Assembly (NCBI GenBank): GCA_002104905.1
Contig: MCFE01000004.1
Coordinates: 62,001-126,000, forward strand
Source of the DNA: Basidiobolus meristosporus CBS 931.73
Taxonomy: Eukaryota > Fungi > Basidiobolomycota
Length of the DNA stretch: 64,000 nucleotides
Direction of reading: 5' to 3'
A model generated the notes under the pieces. The model was not told the DNA's origin and did no database searches. It worked only from the letters and a program-made list of their open reading frames with translations. The translations under genes were made by a program, and so were the position numbers. This document shows, one piece after another, positions 14,044 to 24,267 of the stretch. Position 1 is the stretch's first letter. Every line of letters begins with the position of its first letter.

Positions 14044-14330
14044 ATTAACCACTCCTAATTGGAAACTAATAGAAATTTATTGAAATTCGTGTGTACTATT
14101 GTGAATAAATCAACCAACTTTTACGGTTTCATTAAGTATATAGCAGCGTGTGTAATAACTGAAGCGACTTACGTTTGAGGGAGGATTCTTCGGTAAACTG
14201 GTAATGTGTCAAAGCATTTCGTGTAGCACGGACGATCGAGTGTTCTGAGAAGGATCAGCGGAGTGACATTCGCTGGGAAAGTGGGTTCACGTAGGCACGA
14301 TCCATATTTAGAAAACCAGGATCGTCGGAG

Positions 14331-15566
14331 TCAGCTCAATTTGCGGGTAAACACGGTGGGAACGATCTGTTGGTCTGATTGAAGGGACAAGGGGTCGATA
14401 TAGGCCAGCATCTCAATCTCCTGTTCATCAAGTAATCCGGACTCGACAGCGGGCTGGATAGTTAACATCGAGGTAGGCGAACCGCATTCTGGGTATCCTA
14501 GCATGTAGTCACCGCCGCTGGGGAAGGAGGGGCTCGGCATCGCTATTGGGCTAAACGAAGCATCCCTTAGACTATCCATCGAGGCTTCAGTAAACGGCGA
14601 CCCGGAATACGAGCCATCCGATGATGTAAACTCGTCATACTCTAGAGAGTAGCACTGGTCGTACTCGGGATAGTAATATTGGTCTGGCTTAAATTTGATG
14701 TCGGTGATGTTGGGTTGACGCATCGCGAGAAGGCTAGTGAGTTTACTAGGAGGGTGTATTTTGGTGCGCATACGTTTATTGGCGAACCAAACACTGACTT
14801 GCTTGTAGTTCAGCTTACACAACCTGCTCAGCCTTTCCTTTTCTTCCTCTGTGGGGTAAGGTGACTTGCTGACAAATGACTCGTTCAATATACGTTTGAT
14901 CTCCTTGGAGAATCTCACCGGTGATCTGTGGAAGTCGGCGATGCATTCCTTGGAGAGCAGATGGTCAATTCCTTGTCGGGTCAGTGTATCGATGGCTGAG
15001 GTGAATTCCATCTTGAAGAGCTCAAAGCCTTCCTTTAATTGTCTGGATGTATCGTCGGCCGAGCCATCGAACGCCGGAATGGCCTTCTGCTGCCGCATGA
15101 TGATGGCTTGACGCTTACTCTCAAGAATGCGTAGAGTGTCCGTCCCTTCGTTGGTGGCGCTTCTGGAAAACTCCCACAGACCATCTATCTTCAAGTTGGT
15201 GGATATCTTTTGTTTCATGGGGATTTTCATATCATTGATCATCACTGGTCGCGTGGAAAGAGAACTCATGGCTTCCGGATCTTCGATTGATACGTCGATA
15301 TCTGTGTGTGCCTGGAACAGCGAGTGGTACGGATGCTGAGATAGGTATTGCTCCAGTGTTTGGGATCTTGACTCCGCACACAAGAGCAGGTTGAATGGAT
15401 CCATTTCCTGTTCAATCAGAGGTAGCCCTTGGGCTGCATCAAGCAGCCTTTGAGCTATCCTACTTAGAGTAAGCATCCTATTGCGACTGCCACACTCACA
15501 TCCCTTATTCATCTTAGTGGCCAAGCATCCCTCACATTCTTTGGGGTTGTGCTCCAAAATGTGCAT
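14331..15566 (-). CDS. homeodomain transcription factor (a1/PBX-like, mating-type-like architecture), intronless, 411 aa
   Basis: Homeodomain at about 14760-14930: RSPVRFSKEIKRILNESFVSKSPYPTEEEKERLSRLCKLNYKQVSVWFANKRMRTK. It is preceded by a helical region and followed by an acidic Ser/Pro-rich tail. TATATAAA on the minus strand at 15648-15655. Confidence 0.9.
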   Translation of the reverse strand: MHILEHNPKECEGCLATKMNKGCECGSRNRMLTLSRIAQRLLDAAQGLPLIEQEMDPFNLLLCAESRSQTLEQYLSQHPYHSLFQAHTDIDVSIEDPEAMSSLSTRPVMINDMKIPMKQKISTNLKIDGLWEFSRSATNEGTDTLRILESKRQAIIMRQQKAIPAFDGSADDTSRQLKEGFELFKMEFTSAIDTLTRQGIDHLLSKECIADFHRSPVRFSKEIKRILNESFVSKSPYPTEEEKERLSRLCKLNYKQVSVWFANKRMRTKIHPPSKLTSLLAMRQPNITDIKFKPDQYYYPEYDQCYSLEYDEFTSSDGSYSGSPFTEASMDSLRDASFSPIAMPSPSFPSGGDYMLGYPECGSPTSMLTIQPAVESGLLDEQEIEMLAYIDPLSLQSDQQIVPTVFTRKLS

Positions 15567-16148
15567 AACTGTATAAAGGAGAGGTAGTCGAGTATGTTAT
15601 CCAGAGTCGCAGGGCTGTTAGCTTCAACAAATGGTGTGGGAATAGAGTTTATATATGTCAGGCTGATGTGCTTGGCTACTTGTCAACCGGTCATAGCAAA
15701 GACCTCCGAGCGTCTTTCAGCCGAGAAAAGGTTATAATGACTCATGAAAGGGTTGAATAGTGTTATGAAGTAAGACTCAACATGAGAGTAGAAACATGGT
15801 TGCCGGTTCTGGAATTTGAACAATAGACCATCCCACCCGAAATTGGTGTCCAGTGATGGTTTGGCCTTATGTGTGCGACTGCATTACTATTGTTGAAATA
15901 GCCAAAAATCTGCTCCACTCTTAATTCTGTATACTATTCGGGATCCTTGAACCATAATGCTTTGGCCTAGAATGGTTTGTTCCGGATTCGCTTTGGCTGT
16001 CACACATGGCGATTGACGTAAGATAACTACTGAGCTTTGATGACAGATAGTGACCTCATTACTAAACCAAGATACCCATTGAAACGGTCAATATTTAAAT
16101 ATCTCTCCTGGCTAACATCAGAGCATATCCCTCCTTCACCCTCGAAAT

Positions 16149-17076
16149 ATGCCTACTGCTAAGATTTCTCCTTCTTTATTGTCAAGCGACTTCGCAAAAC
16201 TCGCCGAAGAATGCGAACGAATGGTTCAATGTGGCGCGGATTACTTGCACATGGGTAGGTGTTATTTATACATGCTCTCCACGATATCACGTATGATAAC
16301 CATATATCTTCTCTTGCAGACGTTATGGACGGGTAACCGGATACTTATGGCCAAGTCACTTGTATTCCTTCGGAGGTACTCATATCTTTTCGCGCTCTAG
16401 TCACTTCGTGCCGAACTTGACTATCGGTGCTCCCATCATAAAATCCGTCCGAAAGCATACCGACGCGTTTCTTGATTGCCACTTGATGGTTTCTGAACCA
16501 GAAAAGGTAGGTTTGGGGCGTTCTCGTAGCCCGAGTATTCCCTTCGTTTAACCCCTCCATTTCCCTTGATAGTGGGTGAAGGATTTCGCCGAGGCGGGGG
16601 CCAGCATGTACACTTTTCACATCGAGGCCACAAGTAAGTTGATGACGACGATGTAGCAGCGTCCTTTCACTAGACTCACCTATGCCTTGGCTGATACAGA
16701 GGATGCTGGTGCCCTTATTGATCAAATCCACTCTGCGGGCATGAAAGCGGGCATTTCTGTTAAACCGAAAACCCCGGTGGACTCCGTGTTTCCATTCTGC
16801 GACAAGGTGGATCAGATACTGATCATGACCGTTGAACCCGGCTTCGGGGGACAGTCATTTATGGAGGATATGATGGATAAAGTGAAGACGCTCAGGACCA
16901 AGTATCCTGACTTGGACATCGAGGTGGACGGTGGCTTAGATGAGAAGACCATTGCCGTCGCTGCCAAAGCTGGTGCCAATGTGATCGTGGCTGGCACCTC
17001 AATCTTCAAAGCAAAGTCCTCCAAGGATATGATCAGTCTCTTGAGAAAGCACGTGGATGACGCACAGGCAAAATAA
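16149..17076 (+). CDS. RPE1: ribulose-phosphate 3-epimerase, 5 exons
   Basis: KISPSLLSSDF, HMDVMDGHFVPNLTIG, FLDCHLMV, YTFHIEA, ILIMTVEPGFGGQSF, DIEVDGG and AGANVIVAGT. Exons 16149-16254, 16320-16332, 16401-16506, 16573-16633 and 16699-17076. Confidence 0.95.
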
Positions 17077-17859
17077 TCATCTAAATAAATCCCCAAATTC
17101 CCAGTTGAAGATGCCAGCCGGTGACAAGAATCTACTAGAGTTCTGGGTGGTACTGATGCCTTTTGTGTAGTATTCAGGATTTTGATGTGGCGTAAAGACA
17201 AACAATTGGGTCATAGAAATCCCCCCAAAATAGCCGATACCTCCGCTTTAGTTCTATCTTGGTGGTGGGGTTTTTTAATGGGTCAGAAATCAATAAGTTT
17301 TATTGTTAGTAGCAAGAGTGACATCGCTGAATATTCCCCTATGATGATAATACTGACTTGTTCTCTGAGTTAGTAAACTCCTTAAAGTGACCCAAAGCTT
17401 TGTACATAGCTTCCTGGGACCTTCCTTACTATATTCTCATTGTTAGCTTTGCCAAGTTCCTCTAACAGTACCTATGTGTCCTTCCTGGAAACATACCTAT
17501 CATTTGTTCTCTAAAGCCCACTAATAATCCAAATACTCTATTTGAACTCAACAAACCTACAAATCAATGCCACCCATTTTTTGGCTCTGCAAATCACTTC
17601 TGATACTGCCCAAGATTACAAATAGCATATGGTGTCTGATTTGTACACGGCAACCAATCAATATCCCAGAATAAGTTGGAATGTAATACATTGTCATTGT
17701 TCATATCTCTAACCCAGCTACATCTGTCACAACAAATATCTAAATTAGTAAGCTTGCAGCCAGTAATCTTGTCTTACACACGGCTAGAAAGCAGATCAGT
17801 GACTACAGTTTGCATACAGCATTGTCCACCATTGCAACTATGATGTTTCTGTTGCAAGA

Positions 17860-18430
17860 GTTTTGGAGATATTGGAAGCAGTTGGGAGAACAAGTTGATT
17901 ATGTGATTTTCACTTTATGATTTATTGACTGAAAATTTCATATATCTATTTCTACACAGTCTTGGCAAAAAAAGCATAGAGTATGTGTACAAAGTCTGGG
18001 GGCACTCAGATAATCTTGAGAATCCTCATTATCTGGGTACTTGACATTTTGGAAAAACATTAAGCCCCAACAAAGAATTCATACCGGAGATACTAGGGCT
18101 TATAAGTTATGATCCCAGTGACTAGGTTAAGTGAATATCTAGGTGTAATTACAAAACTTACAACAGCATCAACTTACTGCAGTTTATACCTACATGACTC
18201 ATAAACCTTGAGATTCAATTTATTTTATTGCTAAATAATGAGTCATTTACTTGAGATCTAACTTGTAAAGTTATCTACGCAGTCCTTGAAGTCATCAAGA
18301 CTTGCAGAATAAACATGTGCAATACACTTCAGAAGGTCCCAAGAGCACGTGTGCAAATTGTGGGGGCTTTTGGACAATGTATCAGATCCACATATTCTGG
18401 GTACTTGAAATTTTGGTGAGTATAAACTAG
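17860..18430 (-). repeat. two strongly decayed LTR relics related to the copia LTR
   Basis: Segments at about 17985-18060 and 18350-18420 resemble the LTR core gtgtgcaaagtttggggctgtttggacaactttgagaattttcatgttctgggtacctgg. CpG-poor. Confidence 0.5.
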
Positions 18431-18443
18431 GCCACCTAGGTTA

Positions 18444-18791
18444 TGTTGTAAAAATTCGTATTTCCACCTAAATATTCACCTAACTTAGTCACTTAGATCA
18501 TTACCTTCAAATCCTAGAGAATACTGACCAAATTCCTTGTCGGGATTTACTTGTAATATTTTCACCAAAATACCAGGTACCCAGAACATGAAAATTCTCA
18601 AAGTTGTCCAAACAGCCCAAACTTTGCACACATGTTCTTGGGACCTTCCTTAACCTATTCTACGTGTTTGTAATGCCAAGACCAGGTAAAAGTATAAATA
18701 CCACTTTTACATTCAATAAATCATTAAGTGAAAACCACATAATCTACTTGTTCTCCAAATCACTTCCAATATCTCCAAGACTCTTACAACA
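18444..18791 (+). mobile_element. solo LTR of the copia family (348 bp) with 5-bp TSD GGTTA
   Basis: TGTTGTAA...TTACAACA termini, collinear with the other LTR copies. GGTTA at 18439-18443 and 18792-18796. Confidence 0.9.
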
Positions 18792-20080
18792 GGTTATAGC
18801 TGAAGAAATCTGCTCTTTGTTGTGACTTACCAAGTCAATGGAATATTAAGATGTAAACACAAAATTTGCAACAATTCCCACTCAATATATTAACCAGTGA
18901 TATCATCCTTACTACAATAACTCCACACAGAAACCAAAGTTTGAAGGTATCAGTGTAGAATTGAGCTCTATTGCATTATGTTGTGAGGATTTTGGAACAT
19001 ACAAGTGATCGGGACATCTAGAAGGTCAAGTAGGTAAACACATAGGAAATATCTCAAGGGCCAAGTGGATTTTCATGAAAAGTAGTACTCAAAGCTACAT
19101 AAGACTCGGAAAAATATCTAGGAGTTTTGAAGGGGCATGGTGCTATAGCATTCATAAAGGGTCTTGTTGCAGTAGTCAAAAGAAAGTGCGGGTTTTCACC
19201 CAAAGACCTACTGAGTTGAAGCATTTATACTGATGGGCGAATTTCGTAAAGGGAAATAAATAAATAAATGGTATATATGCTTTGGTATATATGGTTTGCG
19301 GAAGGTCTCAGGAAGTCGTGGGCAATATTCGAAAAATTTGGCAACTTCCAGTATTGCCAAGAATCAATAAGCCCAAGTTATTAAACATCAATTCCACAAT
19401 CAAGGAAATACTAAAGTTGCACAATTGTAGTAATAGCGCTGCGGTTGAGGATTATCTATGACCACAGGTTATATCTAGTTGAATGCTCAAGTAGACGGTG
19501 GGAGCGGCTGATGACATCTTTCCTAATAGTCAAGTACTTTCACCTAGATGATATTGAAAACCGGCCAGGCATTCAATCATCATCTGGCATCAATGTTTCA
19601 TCAGATATTACGAGGCTGTTTGGGCCCCAGATAGTGTTCGACACAATTGCTGCGAATGTTGCGCGGGTATCATGATTGATTGATGGGTAAATTCACCACC
19701 GTGGTAAGCCCATCGGAGCAGACCATATACGGTATTCACACGAGCCTCCCATCGAATTCTCTAACAATGGCTCTAGAATTTGGGGTAGGTTGCTACATCT
19801 CCTGTCAACTGACAGACGTAAATAAGGCAATGTTAAGAAGGAAAAAAAAGGAGATATTGGTCACTCATACGTTGGGTCATATAGATTAAATCCCTTTAGA
19901 AGAATAGGCTGACTCACCTGGGCATGGCAATTCCCATACCCGAGAAGAAGGGGGCTATCTCCACAAATAAACTATAAAGTTTGTCGGGTGATTTGTACAA
20001 AATTGAGGATTTATTGTGCGAGTATAATACATGGCAATTGGCTATTATGATTAAGGAATAAAGTATGCGCGAACTGGGTT

Positions 20081-20905
20081 TCACACCACCGAAAGATGGA
20101 TCTTTTCCTTGGGGCGGGCCGGTTGATGCTTTTTGTGGTGCTTGAGCTTTTTGGCGAACTTGACCAGCTTGTTGACGCCAAAAATCTCCTTCAACGACGG
20201 TAGGTCCTCCTGGGTGAACTCCGCCGATGGAACTGTGGTCTCCTGTGGGTCATTTTGGCTGGCGGAGAAGAATTTCAACTCCGTCTCTGGGATGGAGATG
20301 ATTTCTATGACAGGTGACTTGCGATTGGGTGGTTGAGTCTCGGCATTTCGTGATTGGCGTTTTGGCTTTGGGGATTCAAGCGTCTTGAGACGAAGGTAGA
20401 CCTCTTGGTAATTGACCATGTCAAGTGGAATATACAGTGTTTGTCGAAGATGAAGATTATCCGACCACAGCTTATTTAGTCTCTTCAACTCGTCAGGATT
20501 GACCCCGTACAGCAGGGAAATCCCCGCCAGAGTTTCGGAGTCTTTGATTCGATGAACAATCACCTTCGTTTCCTGGGGCTCAAATGCCAACGACGAGGTG
20601 GAAGAGAAGTTGGAGGATAATGCATCTTCAATCTCCGAGGCTATATCGTCCTCAGTTTTCTCGCGCTTGATGGGGACGAATGGAAAAGGGGAGTTCAACA
20701 AAGGGTCGGTTACAGCCTCGGTTGTGTTTCTTCTGCGCAATGGGCCATGCTCAGTCTTGGTAGATTCGTAGATCGCCACTTTGAACGAGTCGAAGTTGAA
20801 TGGCTGATGTTCACGTATGGTTGGCTCCATGAACCCACGAAAATCGGCAAGATCTTCGAAGTTGTGTGGGGTTTGAGTTGCTGGAAAAGCCATGGCAGCG
20901 CACAT
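20081..20905 (-). CDS. intracellular LysM-domain protein (LYSMD1/2-like), intronless
   Basis: VIVHRIKDSETLAGISLLYGVNPDELKRLNKLWSDNLHLRQTLYIP is a LysM motif. No signal peptide or TM segment evident. Confidence 0.8.
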   Translation of the reverse strand: MCAAMAFPATQTPHNFEDLADFRGFMEPTIREHQPFNFDSFKVAIYESTKTEHGPLRRRNTTEAVTDPLLNSPFPFVPIKREKTEDDIASEIEDALSSNFSSTSSLAFEPQETKVIVHRIKDSETLAGISLLYGVNPDELKRLNKLWSDNLHLRQTLYIPLDMVNYQEVYLRLKTLESPKPKRQSRNAETQPPNRKSPVIEIISIPETELKFFSASQNDPQETTVPSAEFTQEDLPSLKEIFGVNKLVKFAKKLKHHKKHQPARPKEKIHLSVV

Positions 20906-22279
20906 CTCGGGGAATCTGAGGAAGCTTATGGTGCTCTGGATACAATTCTTGTAGGTGGCATCAACACGAAGTGGTCGGTTTTATAGCCTCTCGGTTCTGT
21001 AACAATTTTGGGCCGAGTATAATAGGCAATCACCCTACCCTAAACAGGCCAATGAATCTAGTTTAATCGATTTTTGGCTTGTTCTAAAGACTTTTCTTTT
21101 TGCGATTGTTCCATATATATATATTGCTGTTCCTGATATACCCTCAGCATATAATAGCTTATTCTTCACGAGGATGGTGCTTTCTTAGAATCCATCCCAA
21201 GGACCACCAAAACTTGTTCGCGTTTGTACCACCCCCGCTGAGCGATTCATCAAGTCTGGCCATGCGTTACCTTTACCGACTTCCAGCCGTTGATAGGCCC
21301 GGAGGCCATGTGACTGATGCTTTTGGGCATTCCAATCTCTCGACTGCCAACGTGATCGATCGAATGGTCAGATTCTTAAATAGTTTACAATGGTGCTATT
21401 GCTATTACTATTGAATAGGTCGATGAAAACCAGGACGTCATTTCATTCTAAAAATCGATCCTTTAATGGGGGAGATTCCCCAATGAGCTTCGGACCTCGT
21501 TTAACTATAAAAGCTTAAATTTAAGCACAGAGGGACGAATGGGTACACTGGAAAGTGAGCCGAATAAATGAAAATCCATGTTATATACATGAAAATTACC
21601 CAGATTGTGCGTCGAAAAAAAAACGTTAGAATAATAGGTCATCAGCCATTGTGTAGGCGGGGATGCCGCTTACTGATTGGCCGGGGCGACCAAGGCGTGC
21701 TTTCTCAACATAGGCGTTTGACAGTGCTGACCAACGTCGGGTAATTTACCAGCGGCGTGTGCGATGTATCTCACTGACCACCTTGCATTTGCAGTGCAAC
21801 ATGGACCCTTTCTTCAACATGTTTGTAATCCGTCGCTAGATCCGGTTTCAACTGTAACGCAGTTAAGGTTAAAATGCTGTAAAACACGAACTGATCCATC
21901 GACTAATTTCAAGTGAAAATCCGTCGGGCAGATTCCATCAATATCCTGCGCTACCTCCCCCTGTTTCTCAACAATGCATTTGGTATTATTGCCTAGCGCA
22001 TGCATGATGAATACGCCCTGTTGTCCACAGTTGTACGTCTGTGTCGTGACTAACGAGATTTGGATCAACTCCACCGATGGGGAAAAGGAGTGTCTTGCAG
22101 TCGACAAGAAAGCGGGATGACAAACTCACAGATGAGCCCTCTTCTTTCGGAAATCATTCCACATGTATCACCAGAAACATGTTCTCTCTCCTATTTCCCC
22201 TGATACCTGCACCATATAAATGGGCCTTGGTATCTGTCCACCGCCACCGAAAGCAACCTGCACCGAGAGCAACCTTCTC

Positions 22280-23587
22280 ATGGAGACCACACCGTTACTC
22301 ATAGTTCTATTAGGATGGATATCCATCCTGATCATCTCGATTTTGCTAATCTACTTGAATCGCAAAGCCCCAGCCATACACTACCGTGGGGTTGGCTTGC
22401 TCGTGGCCAGCATCATCGTAAACGGCTTCCTGGCATTCTATTACATCGCCCACGACCAGAAGCCTGATTGGTTTCCCTGCTTCCTAATGCTATGGATTCC
22501 GTCCCTTGGAATCCCCTTGTGGTTCCTTGTTAACGGCGCTCGCTTCTTCAAGCTTGCCATGCTGTACAAGATGAATCAGGCGAAGTTGGGGATCTCGTCG
22601 GGCTTCTCGGAGGAGGCCACCCAAGGGATTGAGCTAGCCTCTTTCCATGATTACGCCGACAAGGGCTTCCAGAGCCGCTTCAAGAAATGGTACAGCCAGA
22701 ACCAAAGTCGATTCTCCCTCAATTCCATCATCTTCTTGATACTGGGGTTCATGCTTTTCCATTCCTTGATCACGGTGATGATCCACGTCATCTCCAAAGA
22801 TGTGATCAACCAGCGGGTATGCGTCGTCGACTGGGAGATGATCCCCGTGGTGTCATTCCACGGGATTTATGTCCTGCTGCTGTTCCCAGGGCTGGTCTGG
22901 GTTGTATGGAGGGTAGAGGATGCTCATTGGATCAAGCGGGAGCTGATGTTGGTCCTGATAGTGGAGACTGTGAATTTCACGGGCCGTCTGGTGGCTGTGA
23001 TAATCCGAATGGTAGGCTCGACGATTCCCATAGCACCAACCACCTGGTTCACCGTGGCTACCTTGGTGATAGTCCATAGTATCACCATCGTGTTCCCAGT
23101 GATTGATGGATGGCAAGAAACGCGCTCACGCTCCCAGATCAACCAAGCCTCGTTCCAGATGATGCTGGACGACCCGTACATGTTCCAAAGTTTCAAACTC
23201 TTCAGTGTCAAGGATTTCAGCGTGGAGAATGTTCTGTTCTACGAAGCATACAAGCGCCTGGGTCGCAACGTCAAGCTCAGACACAAAGATGCCAAGACCA
23301 GTCAGATCAGCGACAGCGTGCTGGTCGACGAAATCCTCCAGATCTACACCACCTTCATCAAATCCAAGTCCTCCTTCGAGTTGAATGTCCCCGGTCGCTT
23401 GCGCAGGGAGCTGGATATCACCATCGAAGCGGGGCCACCATTCTCCATACAAGCGCTGGAGAAGATCAAAGAAGAGGTCTTCATCAACATGTACCATCAC
23501 ACCTACCCACGTTTTGTTCGGGAAACCAATTCCTCCACAAAGCACTCCGACAGTGCCTCCGAGTCGGCCCTTGTGAGTAACCCATAA
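22280..23587 (+). CDS. 7-transmembrane receptor fused to a C-terminal RGS domain (GprK/AtRGS1-type)
   Basis: Seven hydrophobic segments followed by RGS motifs FKLFSVKDFSVENVLFY, IYTTFIKSKSSFELNVP and IKEEVFINMYHHTYPRF. The ATG at 22220 abuts a TATAAA, so ATG 22280 is the more likely start. Confidence 0.85.
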   Translation: METTPLLIVLLGWISILIISILLIYLNRKAPAIHYRGVGLLVASIIVNGFLAFYYIAHDQKPDWFPCFLMLWIPSLGIPLWFLVNGARFFKLAMLYKMNQAKLGISSGFSEEATQGIELASFHDYADKGFQSRFKKWYSQNQSRFSLNSIIFLILGFMLFHSLITVMIHVISKDVINQRVCVVDWEMIPVVSFHGIYVLLLFPGLVWVVWRVEDAHWIKRELMLVLIVETVNFTGRLVAVIIRMVGSTIPIAPTTWFTVATLVIVHSITIVFPVIDGWQETRSRSQINQASFQMMLDDPYMFQSFKLFSVKDFSVENVLFYEAYKRLGRNVKLRHKDAKTSQISDSVLVDEILQIYTTFIKSKSSFELNVPGRLRRELDITIEAGPPFSIQALEKIKEEVFINMYHHTYPRFVRETNSSTKHSDSASESALVSNP

Positions 23588-23889
23588 GTAACTAATCCTA
23601 ATTCCAACCACCCACGACCCTCCCCTAATCCCAGTTGCGAGCGCAAGATTTGTATTTAATCCTCCACCTTCCCCCGCTACTTGTGTATCGTACTGTTGGG
23701 GACATCAACCACACTCTGTAATTCTGGTGCATATGATGCACGACGTCACAATACAAGTAATATTGCTTCGGCCATTCATATCCGCCCTTTGCTGCCCACT
23801 ACTGGGCTTTATTTATCAGCAAGTGGCAAGTTTGGACTTGAATTGCTTCATGTATGCACTTGTCAAACAAGAGGCATCACACACTGCTA

Positions 23890-24200
23890 AGTTGCTCAGT
23901 ACCTATTTGCTTTAAGATAACCAAGTTTGTCTCTAGCTGATGACCTTGTCAATATATCTGCAAACATTTCATTAGTAGGATAGTAAACTAACCTAATTAG
24001 GTTATCCTCTATAGTTTCCCAGATGAAATGAAATCTAACATCTAGGTGCCTGGTTCTGTGCTTCCTTTGTAATCTTACAGGCTGCCACATACTCCGCCTC
24101 TCTGGTGGAAAGTGCTATGGTTGACTGCTTTCTTGAATTCCACAAAGTTTCTCCTTTATAGTAAAGATAGGTGTTTCCTGTGCTCTATGCAAAATAATTG
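23890..24200 (-). mobile_element. decayed copia RNase H fragment
   Basis: Translates to HRTRHLDVRFHFIWETIEDNLIRLVYYPTNEMFADILT (copia RNase H end). Confidence 0.8.
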
Positions 24201-24267
24201 TGATGATCCTGCCAAAAGGCCATCACTAATTCTAAATCCCATAACTCAGAGTTATTAATGCCATTAG

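Noticed and set aside
12778-14052. 424-aa antisense ORF over PGK
   Set aside because: It is a shadow of the strong codon bias of PGK and shows no independent protein features.
19445-19889. Short ORFs in a CpG-containing stretch downstream of the LysM gene
   Set aside because: The frames are short and interrupted, with no domain similarity that I could recognise.
21814-22107. 97-aa minus-strand ORF upstream of the 7TM-RGS gene
   Set aside because: No recognisable motif or splice support, and it overlaps the likely promoter region.
9400-22200. Pheromone precursor (short CAAX ORF) or STE3-like receptor near the HD gene
   Set aside because: None of the listed ORFs ends in CAAX and the receptor present is 7TM-RGS. 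I could not exhaustively scan ORFs under 60 aa by eye, so absence is not proven.
22687-23611. Several overlapping alternative-frame ORFs in the 7TM-RGS gene
   Set aside because: By-products of GC-rich coding sequence, with no independent features.
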